This document shows, one piece after another, positions 17,993 to 30,688 of a stretch of 64,000 nt of DNA. Under the pieces are notes generated by a model that ran no database searches, was not told where the DNA came from, and saw only the letters and a program-made list of their open reading frames with translations. Within the stretch, counting starts at the first letter, position 1. Every line of letters begins with the position of its first letter. The stretch is from an uncultured Trueperaceae bacterium (GTDB lineage Bacteria > Deinococcota > Deinococci > Deinococcales > Trueperaceae), in contig CAVSGP010000004.1 in the NCBI GenBank assembly GCA_963727505.1, positions 480,001-544,000 of the forward strand. The letters are read 5' to 3'. The position numbers were made by a program, and so were the translations under genes.

Positions 17993-18952
17993 GTGCATAG
18001 TCTTTACTCAAATGTTGCCTCGGTGCTGAGCCCGGCCTCGCCTTATGCGGCGGAAATCGGCCGGCTGTTCTGGATCACGCTCTGGATCTCGTTGGTGATC
18101 CTGGTGGCCGTCAGCGCCTTCGTCATCTTCAACCTCATCCGCTACCGGGACCGCGGGCAGGAAGGGCTGCCTCCGCAGACCCACGGCAACATGGTCGTCG
18201 AGGTCACCTGGACGGCCATCCCGCTGGCCATCCTGGTCGTGCTCTTCGTCCTGACGATGCAGACCATGGCCGCCGTGTCTCCGCCGGCACACCCCAAGAC
18301 GCCCCCGGTGAACGTGGACGTCATCGCCCATCAGTGGTGGTGGGAGTTCCGCTACCCCGGCTCGAAGGTGGTCACCGCCAACGAGCTCCACATCCCGGTC
18401 GGCAAGAGCATCCACATCCAGCTCACCTCGGTCGACGTCATCCACGACTTCTGGGTGCCTGAGCTCGGACGCAAGATGGACGCCGTCCCCGGTCACCCCA
18501 ACACCATGCTGATCCAGGCCGACCGGCCCGGCGTCTACCTCGGCGCCTGCGCCGAGTACTGCGGAGCCGGCCACGCCTGGATGCGCATCCGCGTCGTCGC
18601 CCAGACCGAGGCGGACTACCAGAACTGGCTGGCGTCGCAGGCCCAGCCACACCCGGAACCCAAGAGCGCCCTGCAGGCCAACGGCAAGGCCCTGTTCGTG
18701 GGCCTCACGTGCTCGAGCTGCCACACGATGACGGGTTCGGGCGCCCCGCCCAGCAAGGACGTGGGGCCCGATCTGACGCACCTCGGCGACCGGCAGACGC
18801 TGGCCGCGGGCGTGGTGCCCAACACCCCGGATGAGCTGCGGAAGTGGCTGGCCGACCCCAACAGCATCAAACCTGGTTCGAACATGCCGAACCTTCACCT
18901 CTCGTCACAGCAGCTCGACGCGCTGGTCGCCTACCTGGAGGCAAAACCGTGA
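17993..18952 (+). CDS. coxB: Cytochrome c oxidase subunit II with fused cytochrome c (caa3 type)
   Basis: DVIHDFW, CuA motif CAEYCGAGHAWM, C-terminal CSSCH. Confidence 0.93.
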   Translation: MHSLYSNVASVLSPASPYAAEIGRLFWITLWISLVILVAVSAFVIFNLIRYRDRGQEGLPPQTHGNMVVEVTWTAIPLAILVVLFVLTMQTMAAVSPPAHPKTPPVNVDVIAHQWWWEFRYPGSKVVTANELHIPVGKSIHIQLTSVDVIHDFWVPELGRKMDAVPGHPNTMLIQADRPGVYLGACAEYCGAGHAWMRIRVVAQTEADYQNWLASQAQPHPEPKSALQANGKALFVGLTCSSCHTMTGSGAPPSKDVGPDLTHLGDRQTLAAGVVPNTPDELRKWLADPNSIKPGSNMPNLHLSSQQLDALVAYLEAKP

Positions 18953-20622
18953 GACAGGAGCCGATCGCCCCTCACGCCCTCCCCTTCCCCCCGTTGAACA
19001 AGGGGTGGGGCTGGCTGGCGTGGTTCTCCACGACGGACCACAAGAAGATCGGCATCCTTTACATGGTGACGTCGCTGTTCTTCTTCGGGGTCGGCGGCAT
19101 CGAGGCTCTCCTGATCCGCATCCAGCTGGCTGCGCCCAACGCCAAGGTGCTGACACCGCAGGAGTACGACGCCATCTTCACCATGCACGGCACGACCATG
19201 ATCTTCCTGGTGGTGATGCCGCTGTTCATCGGCGTCGCCAACTACCTGGTGCCGTTGATGATCGGCGCGCGTGACGTCGCTTTCCCGCGCCTGAACGCCC
19301 TGGGTTATTGGGTGTTCCTGCTTGGCGGCGTCGTCATCTATCTGGCGCTGTTCACGGGTAGTCTCGCCGACGCCGGTTGGTTCAGCTATGCCCCCCTGAG
19401 CGAGGCAGCCTACTCGTCGAGACCGGGTGTCGACTACTGGATCGTCGGCCTCATCGAGACCGGGGTCGGCACCATCGGGGCGGCGGTCAACCTGCTTGCC
19501 ACGATCGTGCGCTATCGCGCCCCCGGAATGACGTGGCGGCGCATGCCGCTCTTCGTGTGGATGATGATGATCACCAGCCTGATCATCCTCTACGCGCTGA
19601 CGCCACTCAACGCCGGCCTCATCATGCTGCTCGGCGATCGCATCCTCCACCTGCACTTCTTCCGTGCCAACGTGAGCGGCGGCTCGGCCATCTTGTGGCA
19701 GCACATCTTCTGGTTCTTCGGGCACCCCGAGGTCTACATCATGGCGCTCCCCGCCTTCGGCATGATGTCGGAGGTCGTGCCGGTGTTCTCGCGCAAACCG
19801 ATCTTCGGCTACACCTTCGTCGTCGGATCGGGCATCGCCATCGGCCTGCTGAGCTTCGCGGTGTGGGTACACCACATGTTCGCCGTCGGCCTGAGCACGC
19901 CCATGAACGCGGCCTTCAGCGCCGCCAGCATGCTCATCGCGGTGCCGACGGGCGTGAAGATCTTCAACTGGAGCACCACCATGTTCCAGGGCAAGTTGCG
20001 CCTCGACACTCCCCTGCTGTTCGCCGCAGCCTTCATCATCCAGTTCGTCATCGGCGGCATCACCGGCGTCATGTTCGCCGCCGTCCCCATCGATTGGCAG
20101 CTCACCGACAGCTACTTCGTGGTCGCGCACTTCCACTACGTGCTCTTCGGCGGCTCGATGTTCGCGCTGTGGGCGGGCATGTACTACTGGTACCCGAAGA
20201 TCACCGGCCGCCTGATGGACGAACGGCTCGGGAAGTGGCACTTCTGGCTGGCCGTCATCGGCTTCAACATGACCTTCTTCGTGCAGCACATCCTGGGCCT
20301 CGTCGGTATGCCGCGGCGCGTGTACACCTACCCGAACCTGCCCGGCTACGGCACCATGAACATGATCTCCACCATCGGCGCCTTCATCCTCGCAGTGGCC
20401 GTCCTGTTGTTCTTGTGGAACCTCGTGGTGAGCTTCCGGCGCGGCAAGATCGCGGGGGACAACCCTTGGGATGCCTGGACGCTGGAGTGGGCGACGACAT
20501 CGCCGCCCCCCGAGCACAACTTCGAGAAGCTCCCCCCTGTTCATAGCGCGCGGCCCCTGTTCGACCTGGCGCACCCCGAAATGGCCGACAACCCCAAGTA
20601 CCGCACGGAGGCCAAGGCATGA
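18949..20622 (+). CDS. coxA: Cytochrome c oxidase subunit I (type A1)
   Basis: TDHKKIG, WFFGHPEVYI, VWVHH, VVAHFHY, GMPRR. Confidence 0.96.
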   Translation: MRQEPIAPHALPFPPLNKGWGWLAWFSTTDHKKIGILYMVTSLFFFGVGGIEALLIRIQLAAPNAKVLTPQEYDAIFTMHGTTMIFLVVMPLFIGVANYLVPLMIGARDVAFPRLNALGYWVFLLGGVVIYLALFTGSLADAGWFSYAPLSEAAYSSRPGVDYWIVGLIETGVGTIGAAVNLLATIVRYRAPGMTWRRMPLFVWMMMITSLIILYALTPLNAGLIMLLGDRILHLHFFRANVSGGSAILWQHIFWFFGHPEVYIMALPAFGMMSEVVPVFSRKPIFGYTFVVGSGIAIGLLSFAVWVHHMFAVGLSTPMNAAFSAASMLIAVPTGVKIFNWSTTMFQGKLRLDTPLLFAAAFIIQFVIGGITGVMFAAVPIDWQLTDSYFVVAHFHYVLFGGSMFALWAGMYYWYPKITGRLMDERLGKWHFWLAVIGFNMTFFVQHILGLVGMPRRVYTYPNLPGYGTMNMISTIGAFILAVAVLLFLWNLVVSFRRGKIAGDNPWDAWTLEWATTSPPPEHNFEKLPPVHSARPLFDLAHPEMADNPKYRTEAKA

Positions 20623-21200
20623 CGACGGCCAACTCGACTGCCAAGACGGGACCGACCATGAACCGCCACAAGGTGGGCATGCTGTTCTTCATCAGCTCGG
20701 AGATCTTCTTCTTCTTGACGCTGCTCTCCAGCTATGCCTACCTCAGCGGTGCGTTCGGCAACCTGCCCCGTGAGAGCCTGGCGGTGCCCCGGACGTTGCT
20801 GTTCAGCCTCTTCCTGTTCTCCAGCAGCCTCACCATCTGGTTCGCCGAGCGCGCCTTCCACCGCGGCAAGCATGCGGCCTTCCGCGGTTGGATGCTCGCG
20901 ACGATAGCGCTGGGCCTGGTGTTCCTGGCCGGCCAGGCGATCGAGTACACGGAGCTGATCCGGACCGGCATCACCCTCAACTACGACGTCTTCAGCTCCG
21001 CGTTCTTCACCCTGACAGGCTTCCACGGCCTCCACGTGGTCACAGGGCTCATCATGCTCGGGTCGCTCACGGGCCTGAGCTTCGCGGGCAAGCTCGGCCC
21101 CGAGAACGAGTCTGCCGTAGCCACCATCTCCTACTACTGGCACTTCGTCGACGCCGTCTGGGTCGCGGTGTTCACCGTGGCCTACCTCATCTTCATCTGA
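20619..21200 (+). CDS. coxC: Cytochrome c oxidase subunit III
   Basis: FISSEIFFF, TGFHGLHV, YWHFVDAVW. Confidence 0.93.
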   Translation: MTTANSTAKTGPTMNRHKVGMLFFISSEIFFFLTLLSSYAYLSGAFGNLPRESLAVPRTLLFSLFLFSSSLTIWFAERAFHRGKHAAFRGWMLATIALGLVFLAGQAIEYTELIRTGITLNYDVFSSAFFTLTGFHGLHVVTGLIMLGSLTGLSFAGKLGPENESAVATISYYWHFVDAVWVAVFTVAYLIFI

Positions 21201-21202
21201 TC

Positions 21203-22180
21203 ATGACGACTGCTCACCTCTTCACCATCGCCTGGAGCCCGGATCCGTCCGTGATCGGCGGCAGCCTGGCCCTCGCGGTGGCCTACCTGATGTGGCTCAG
21301 GCGCCGCCTGGGCGCGCGGGCGATCGTGTTCCTGGCCGGGGTCGCGGTCATGCTGTTCGCGCTGGTGGGGCCCTTGGACCGCATCGGTGAGCTGTACCTC
21401 TTCAGCGTGCACATGGTCCAGCACCTTCTGCTGATCCTGGTGGTCCCGCCGCTGCTGCTCTGGGGGCTGCCACCCGAGGCCACCCGGCGCCTTCTGCGAG
21501 GGGGCGTCGTGCACCGCGTCGAGCGGGTCCTGGGGAGACCGCTGGTCGCTCTGCCCGTGGCCATCGTGACGCTCTGGGGCTGGCACCTGCCCGCCCTCTA
21601 CGACCTGGCCCTGCGCAACGAGAGCGTGCACGCCCTGGAACATCTGCTCTTCCTGGCGACCGCCACGATGTTCTGGTGGCCTGTGCTGAGGCCGGAGAAG
21701 GAGCGCCGCTTGAGCCCGCCGGCGGCCATGGCCTACCTCTTCGCCGGCATGGCGTCCGACGCCGGCCTGGGCGTGGCCCTGACCTTCTCGCCGACCCCGC
21801 TGTACGCCTTCTACGCCCATCCGCCGGACCCCTACGGCGCACTCCCGCTGATCCGGGAGACCTGGCGCGTGAGCGTCCTGAGCGATCAGCAGATGGGCGG
21901 CCTGGCGATGTGGATCCCGGGCGGGATCTTCTACATCGTGGCGATCCTGGCGGAGTTCGGGCTGTGGTTCGGTGAGCCGGAGGCGGACGAGAACGCGGTC
22001 CTCGGATCCGGCCCGCAGCCGGACGCCCGACAAGGGCAAGAGCCGTTGGGGACCGGTATCGGTCAGGACTCCGTAGCGCCGGAACGTGCGGCCTCGACAA
22101 CGGTTCCGGCGGTCTCCGCCCAGCGAAATGCCTGGTATGACCCTGCTGCCATCGGCGGCATCCTGGAAGGAGCACGATGA
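21203..22180 (+). CDS. ctaG: caa3-type cytochrome c oxidase assembly factor (Caa3_CtaG family)
   Basis: LFSVHMVQHLLL, WHLPALY, HALEH, DQQMGGLAMWIPG. Confidence 0.85.
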   Translation: MTTAHLFTIAWSPDPSVIGGSLALAVAYLMWLRRRLGARAIVFLAGVAVMLFALVGPLDRIGELYLFSVHMVQHLLLILVVPPLLLWGLPPEATRRLLRGGVVHRVERVLGRPLVALPVAIVTLWGWHLPALYDLALRNESVHALEHLLFLATATMFWWPVLRPEKERRLSPPAAMAYLFAGMASDAGLGVALTFSPTPLYAFYAHPPDPYGALPLIRETWRVSVLSDQQMGGLAMWIPGGIFYIVAILAEFGLWFGEPEADENAVLGSGPQPDARQGQEPLGTGIGQDSVAPERAASTTVPAVSAQRNAWYDPAAIGGILEGAR

Positions 22181-22401
22181 ACGACAAGGACAGCATCGAG
22201 TGGCAGGAGCCCCGGGATATGCTCATCCCGCGCCCTACGGCGTGGCCCCTGGGCGTCGCCTTCGGCATCACCTTCCTGCTTCTGGGGCTGATCACGCACT
22301 GGATCGTGGCCCTGGCGGGCTTCCTCGTCTTCGTTACCTCGATCGTGGGTTGGATGGGAGAGATGATTCGTGACGGACAAGCCGACGAGTCCCACGGCTG
22401 A
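22177..22401 (+). CDS. Small two-helix oxidase subunit (subunit IV-like)
   Basis: PRPTAWPLGVAFG followed by two transmembrane helices; position in the operon. Confidence 0.65.
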   Translation: MNDKDSIEWQEPRDMLIPRPTAWPLGVAFGITFLLLGLITHWIVALAGFLVFVTSIVGWMGEMIRDGQADESHG

Positions 22402-22930
22402 GGGCGGATCCCCGCAGCACGGCCCCGAGGGCGACCCGGACCGCCGGAAGTTCCTGGCGCGTCTGAGCGTGGCGCTGGGGGCGTTCGCGGGCCTCCTGGT
22501 GGGGATCCCGGTACTGGGTGCGGTACTCAAACCCATGGTCGCGCGGGAACCGCGCGTGTGGCGCAGCGTCGGCGCGATCGACGACTTCAAGGTGGGTTCG
22601 ACCGTCGCGGTCAGCTACGAGAACGGCGCGACGAAGTCCTGGGCGGGCGTGACCGGTAGGACGGCCGCTTACCTGCGGCGCGACGGCGAGTCCGCCTTCA
22701 CCTGCTTCACGGTGAACTGTTCGCACCTCGGCTGCCCCGTGCGCTGGGAGCAGTCCTCAGACATGTTCATGTGCCCGTGCCACGGCGGTGTGTACTACGC
22801 CAACGGCGACGTGGCCGCCGGCCCGCCGCCGCGGCCGCTGGCCCGCTACCCCGTGCGCGTGCGCGGCGGTAACGTCGAGATCCAGACCACTCCCCTGCCG
22901 ATCGACGGCCGGGTGCCGCGGTCGAGCTGA
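22370..22930 (+). CDS. qcrA: Rieske 2Fe-2S subunit of a quinol:cytochrome c reductase
   Basis: Tat motif DRRKFL, CSHLGC and CPCHGG boxes. Confidence 0.92.
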   Translation: MTDKPTSPTAEGGSPQHGPEGDPDRRKFLARLSVALGAFAGLLVGIPVLGAVLKPMVAREPRVWRSVGAIDDFKVGSTVAVSYENGATKSWAGVTGRTAAYLRRDGESAFTCFTVNCSHLGCPVRWEQSSDMFMCPCHGGVYYANGDVAAGPPPRPLARYPVRVRGGNVEIQTTPLPIDGRVPRSS

Positions 22931-22940
22931 GGTGCTGGGC

Positions 22941-24350
22941 ATGTTCCGTCGAATAGGCAACTGGATCGAAGAACGCACCGGCATCGGTGAGCTCATCAGC
23001 CCCGTCATGTCCCACCTCGTGCCGCGCGGCTCGAGCTGGATGTACGTCTTCGGCAGCGCCACGCTGTTCGCGTTCCTCCTGCAGATCGTCACCGGCATCG
23101 CACTGAGCTTCGTCTACGTCCCGTCGTCGAGCCAGGCGTACGACAGTCTGAAGTTCATCACCGAGAACTCGGCACTCGACCACTTCCTGCGCTCGGTGCA
23201 CTACTTCGGTGCTTCCGCCATGATCCTGATGGTGGGGCTGCACATGTTGCGCACGTTCCTGTTCGCCTCTTACAAGTACCCGCGCGAGGCGAGCTGGATG
23301 AGCGGTACGGTGCTGCTGTTCCTCACGCTCGCCATGGGCTTCACGGGGCAGATCCTGCGTTGGGACCAGACCGCCATCTGGTCGGTGGTGGTGGGTGCGC
23401 AACAGGCCGGCTACGTACCGCTCATCGGACCGGCACTGGCACGCTTCATGCTGGCGGGCGAAAGCCTGGGCGGCCAGACGCTCAGCCAGTTCTTCGCGCT
23501 GCACGTGTTCGTCTTCCCCGTACTGATCGGCGCGCTGCTCGGGCCGCACCTGTGGATGGTCATCCGCAACGGCATCTCGGAGCCCCCCAAGCGGGGCAAG
23601 CCGGTCGACCCCAGGACCTACAACGAGGAGTATCACGAGCTCCTCGAGAAGGACGGCATCCCGTTCTGGCCCGATGCCGCCTGGCGCGATGTGGCCTTCG
23701 CGGTCGCCATGATCGTGGCGATCGTGGGCCTGGCGATCGTTCTGGGGCCGCCCCACCTCGTCGATGCCCCGAACCCCACCAACCTCGTCACGGAGCCCAA
23801 GCCGGACTGGTACCTGTTGTGGTACTTCGGCGTGCTGGCGCTCATCCCGCACGCCTGGACCCCGTACGTCATCATCGGCGGCCCCGGCGTCGTGTTCTTG
23901 ACCCTGTTCCTGATGCCGCTGTTCGCGCGCGCCGGGGAACGGCACCCGCTGCGGCGCCCGTGGGCGCTGGGCACGGTCGCGGTGGTGGTGGTCGCGATCG
24001 CCGCCTTCTGGTCGCTGGCGACCTGGGAGCCGTGGTCCCCACGCTTCGACGCGCCACCGTTGTCGGCCCAGGCGATCGGGAACGTCAGCGCGGAGGCGCA
24101 GCACGGTGCACAGCTCTTCCACGACAAGGGTTGCATCGAGTGCCACCGTATCGGCAACGACGGTGGCTACCGCGGCCCCGACCTGACCAACGTCGGCAAC
24201 CGCCTCGACGCCAAGGAACTCACCTGGCGCATCGCCAACGGCGGCTACAACATGCCGTCGTTCGCTCGCATCCTTTCGTCCAAGGAACTCGACGACCTGG
24301 TGGCGTTCCTGGAAACGCGCAAGCCCAGTCTGAGCGCCGAGTCGAAGTAG
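22941..24350 (+). CDS. qcrB: Cytochrome b (b6 plus subunit IV regions) fused to a C-terminal cytochrome c
   Basis: Four heme-b histidines, PDWY motif, C-terminal CIECH...GPDL...MP. Confidence 0.9.
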   Translation: MFRRIGNWIEERTGIGELISPVMSHLVPRGSSWMYVFGSATLFAFLLQIVTGIALSFVYVPSSSQAYDSLKFITENSALDHFLRSVHYFGASAMILMVGLHMLRTFLFASYKYPREASWMSGTVLLFLTLAMGFTGQILRWDQTAIWSVVVGAQQAGYVPLIGPALARFMLAGESLGGQTLSQFFALHVFVFPVLIGALLGPHLWMVIRNGISEPPKRGKPVDPRTYNEEYHELLEKDGIPFWPDAAWRDVAFAVAMIVAIVGLAIVLGPPHLVDAPNPTNLVTEPKPDWYLLWYFGVLALIPHAWTPYVIIGGPGVVFLTLFLMPLFARAGERHPLRRPWALGTVAVVVVAIAAFWSLATWEPWSPRFDAPPLSAQAIGNVSAEAQHGAQLFHDKGCIECHRIGNDGGYRGPDLTNVGNRLDAKELTWRIANGGYNMPSFARILSSKELDDLVAFLETRKPSLSAESK

Positions 24351-24353
24351 ACG

Positions 24354-24403
24354 GTAACGACGAACGCCGCGGCGCCTCAGGGCGCCGCGGCGTTCGTCGT
24401 TAC
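24354..24403. terminator. Perfect 23-bp hairpin between the convergent respiratory operon and gyrB
   Basis: GTAACGACGAACGCCGCGGCGCC-tcag-GGCGCCGCGGCGTTCGTCGTTAC. Confidence 0.8.
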
Positions 24404-24431
24404 GCAGCCCGCCCGAAGGGCGACGAAAGCG

Positions 24432-26475
<2,044 letters not shown>

Positions 26476-26633
26476 AACACTTTTGCCGTCAGGGACGCAA
26501 CTCCATACCATGCGTGCGGGTCCGTCCGGCGCCGCGGGGCACTGCGCGCCGTTCACGTTCGCCTAACGCGCCACCGGTAGCCTCGGCAGCGGACGCGCAA
26601 CGGTAGCAGCGCGTTCGTGACGAGAGGAGACGC

Positions 26634-27077
26634 ATGAACCGACGAACGTTGCTGTGGGGGCTGGTGGCCGTCGTGGCCTTCACCATCTTGATCCAGTTCG
26701 TGCCCTTCCCGGGCCTCGGAAGCAACCCTCCCGTGGTGGCCGAACCGAAATGGGACAGCACCACCACCCGCACCCTGGCCGTGCGCGCCTGTTACGACTG
26801 CCACAGCAATCGGACCCGCTGGCCCTGGTACAGCCGGGTCGCCCCCGTCTCCTGGGTCGTCGCCCACCACGTGTCCGAAGGCCGAACCGCTCTCAACTTC
26901 TCCGACCCCTCGGCCTCTCGCGTGAGCGCCGAGCGCGCCGCGCGCGCCGTCACCGACCACGCCATGCCCCCCTTCTACTACACCTGGCTTCACCCCGGCG
27001 CCGCGCTCAGCCCAGCCGAACGCACGACGCTGGCGGCAGGACTCCGCGCCAGCCTGGGGAAGACCGCCCAGCGCTAG
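26634..27077 (+). CDS. Heme-binding domain protein (Haem_bd-like monoheme cytochrome c)
   Basis: N-terminal transmembrane helix, RACYDCHS, WPWYSRVAPVSW, MPP. Confidence 0.85.
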   Translation: MNRRTLLWGLVAVVAFTILIQFVPFPGLGSNPPVVAEPKWDSTTTRTLAVRACYDCHSNRTRWPWYSRVAPVSWVVAHHVSEGRTALNFSDPSASRVSAERAARAVTDHAMPPFYYTWLHPGAALSPAERTTLAAGLRASLGKTAQR

Positions 27078-27152
27078 ATCCGGTCGGCTGCAACCCGGCG
27101 GGGCCGTTTGCCCACTGCGCACGCGCGCCCCGTCCGTTACCCTGGTGGCGAC

Positions 27153-27818
<666 letters not shown>

Positions 27819-27821
27819 CGG

Positions 27822-28979
27822 GTGCGGCTCCGCGGCCAGCTCATGATCGCCGTGACGCTGGTAGCGCTGGCAGCGGTCACCGTCACAGCGCTGTTGAGCG
27901 TCCAGGTGGCGACGCAGCGCGTCGGCCGACTGTTCGACACCCCCGCCACCCAGGACGCCGGGCGCGTGCCGGCCGCGCGGGGCGCGGGTCCGGGGATGGC
28001 CGCCGGCGCGGGCCCCGCCTTCGCCGACGTACGCCGGGCAACGCTGCGACGCGACCTGTGGCGCGCCAACCTGCAGTCCGCGGGGATCGCGTTGCTGGTG
28101 GCGGCGGCGGTCGGCATGGCACTGGCGGCACGGCTCGCCCGGCCGCTGCGCGCCCTCACGGCCACAGCCAATCGCTACGCCGCCGGCGAGCGCGCCACCC
28201 GCGCCGACGAGACCGGTCGCGACGAGGTGGCGGAGGTCGCGCACGCGTTCAACCGCATGGCGGACAGCCTGCGCCTCGAGGAGCAGCAGCAGCAGAGGCT
28301 CATCGCCGACATCGCCCACGAGCTCCGGACGCCCCTGACGATCCTGAAGGGGGAGCTCGAGGCCCTCGAGGACGGCCTGCTCGAGCCCGAGACCGCGACC
28401 TTCCGCCGCCTGGGCGAGGAGGTCACCCTGCTCGAACGCCTGGTGCACGACCTGCGCCTGCTCACCCAGGCGGAGAGCGGCGAGCTGTCGCTGCGCCGTC
28501 AGCGCGTGGACCTCGCCGCCCTGGCGCGCGAGGCGACCGCCTCGTTCGCCGCGCACGCGCGGCACCGCGACGTGACCGTCGTTCCCGACGTCGCGTCCGT
28601 CATCCTGGAAGGCGACCCGGATCGCCTGCGCCAGGTCCTCGCGAACCTGCTGGAGAATGCGGTGCGCCACGCGCCGCCGGGCAGCCGCGTGGATGTGGGC
28701 CTTGGGCGGGACGACGAGCACGCAATCCTCACCGTGAGGGACCGGGGCGAAGGCATCCCGGAGGAGCAACGCGAACGGGTGTTCCAGCGTTTCTACCGGG
28801 TCGATCGCGCGCGCAGCCGCGCCACCGGCGGGTCGGGTCTGGGCCTGGCCATCGTGCGCACGCTGGTGGAGCTGCACGGCGGCTCGGTGGCGGCCGCCTC
28901 CCACCCGGACGGGGGCGCCGTGCTCACGGTGCGCCTGCCGCTCGCGACGGAAGACGGCGGCCCTCAGTCGCGGACCTGA
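27822..28979 (+). CDS. Sensor histidine kinase (BaeS-like, HAMP domain)
   Basis: Two transmembrane helices, HAMP, IAHELRTPL, N box, GSGLGLAI. Confidence 0.92.
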   Translation: MRLRGQLMIAVTLVALAAVTVTALLSVQVATQRVGRLFDTPATQDAGRVPAARGAGPGMAAGAGPAFADVRRATLRRDLWRANLQSAGIALLVAAAVGMALAARLARPLRALTATANRYAAGERATRADETGRDEVAEVAHAFNRMADSLRLEEQQQQRLIADIAHELRTPLTILKGELEALEDGLLEPETATFRRLGEEVTLLERLVHDLRLLTQAESGELSLRRQRVDLAALAREATASFAAHARHRDVTVVPDVASVILEGDPDRLRQVLANLLENAVRHAPPGSRVDVGLGRDDEHAILTVRDRGEGIPEEQRERVFQRFYRVDRARSRATGGSGLGLAIVRTLVELHGGSVAAASHPDGGAVLTVRLPLATEDGGPQSRT

Positions 28980-30217
28980 CCCTCGCCATCGACCAGGTAC
29001 TTGTAGGTCACGATCTCGGCCAGCCCCATGGGGCCGCGGGCATGCAGCTTCTGGGTGCTGATCCCGATCTCGGCGCCGAAGCCCAGCGCGAAGCCGTCGG
29101 TGAACCGCGTGGAGGCGTTGACGTACACCGCCGCCGCGTCCACCTCGTTGCGGAAGCGCTCGGCGACCCCCAGGTCGTTCGCCACGATGGCCTCGCTGTG
29201 CTGCGTGCCGTAGCGCGCGATGTGCTCCAGCGCTTCATCGAGACCGTCGACGACGCGGACCGCCAGCTCGAGGTCGAGGAACTCCGTGGCCCAGTCCTCC
29301 TCGGTGGCCTCCCCTACCCCGTCCACCAGCGCGCGGGTGCGGGCGCAGCCGACGAGCGCCACACCGGCCGAGGCCAGGCGCGCCAACGCCGCGGGGAGGA
29401 AGCGCTCGGCCACCGCTGCGTCGACGAGCAACGTCTCGGCGGCGTTGCACACGCCGGGCCGCTGCACCTTGGCATTGAAGACGATGGCGTCGGCGGCGTC
29501 CAGATCGGCGGTGGCGTGCACGTAGACGTGGCAGTTCCCGACACCCGTCTCGATGACGGGCACGCGGGCGCTGTCGACGACGTGCCGGATCAGGCCGGCA
29601 CCGCCGCGCGGGATCACCAGGTCGACCCGACCGCGCGCCTCCAGCAGCTCCGTCACCAGCGCCCGGTCGGGCGAGTCGATGAGCTGCAGCGCGTCGGCGG
29701 GCAAGCCGGCATCGGCGATGGCGCTGCGCATCACGGCGCTCAACGCCCGGTTGCTGTGCAGAGCGTTGGACGACCCCCGCAGCACGGCGGCGCTGCCGGC
29801 CTTGATAGCCAGCACGGCGGCGTCGACGGTGACGTTGGGGCGGGACTCGTAGATCATGCCGATCACGCCGAACGGCACGCTCACCTTGCGCACCCGCAGA
29901 CCGTTGGGGAGCCGCCAGCCGTCGAGCACGCGACCGAGCGGGTCGGGTAGCTCGGCGACCTGGCGGCAGCCGCGCGCCATGCCGGCCACGCGCCCCTCGT
30001 CGAGAGCCAGGCGGTCGACCCGCGAGGCGGGGGTGCCGCGCTCGCGCTCGGCCGCCACGTCGCGGGCGTTCGCCTCCAGGATGCGCTCCACATGCTGCTC
30101 GAGCGCCCGCGCGACGGACTCGAGCGCTGCGTTCCGGTCGGCCGCCGCCAGCGACCTGCTGGCGCGGCGCGCACGCGTCAGGAGCGTGTCGAGCGAGACG
30201 TCCATGGTGCCGGGCAT
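28964..30217 (-). CDS. proA: Gamma-glutamyl phosphate reductase
   Basis: IYESRPNVT, VCNAAE, VNASTRFTDG, GISTQKLHARGP; start at 30217 (TATACT 5 nt upstream) or 30205. Confidence 0.95.
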   Translation of the reverse strand: MPGTMDVSLDTLLTRARRASRSLAAADRNAALESVARALEQHVERILEANARDVAAERERGTPASRVDRLALDEGRVAGMARGCRQVAELPDPLGRVLDGWRLPNGLRVRKVSVPFGVIGMIYESRPNVTVDAAVLAIKAGSAAVLRGSSNALHSNRALSAVMRSAIADAGLPADALQLIDSPDRALVTELLEARGRVDLVIPRGGAGLIRHVVDSARVPVIETGVGNCHVYVHATADLDAADAIVFNAKVQRPGVCNAAETLLVDAAVAERFLPAALARLASAGVALVGCARTRALVDGVGEATEEDWATEFLDLELAVRVVDGLDEALEHIARYGTQHSEAIVANDLGVAERFRNEVDAAAVYVNASTRFTDGFALGFGAEIGISTQKLHARGPMGLAEIVTYKYLVDGEGQVRD

Positions 30218-30688
30218 ACGGGAGTATAGCCGTGGTCGGGTTCTTGATTCGTGAAGGCGAGTGATTGTTGGAGTTTCTACTGTCAGGGACGGACGTGCTG
30301 GGCACCAAGCGCACCTCGTCTTGAAGGGCGATGTGCGGGGCTCGTCATCGTGATCCTGGCGACTCCTGTCCCCCTCCGCCCCCCCAGTCTCTTGCGACGC
30401 TAGAGCTAGCCAAGCGCCGTTTCGCGCCAGGGTTGCCGGACGCAGGATCCCCCCTGGTCCAGGCCGGATTCCTGCTCGATTTGCTCCCACTCCGTGGAAC
30501 TGGGGCCTTCATCAAACGCAGAATGGTTCATCGTGGTGGACGGCCTAGGTCGCCAGAAGGCCTTCGGGTCCAGCATACGGAACGTGACCGCGCCGCGGCA
30601 GCTTACGAAGGCCGCGCAAGCTGGCACTGAAGTCCCGTGTACACGCCGCGCCCGTGCCGCGCTATAGCGCTCGGCCCGAGCCAAGGGG

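Noticed and set aside
30406..30684. 92-aa ORF between proA and the CPBP gene
   Set aside because: No RBS, motif or homology cue
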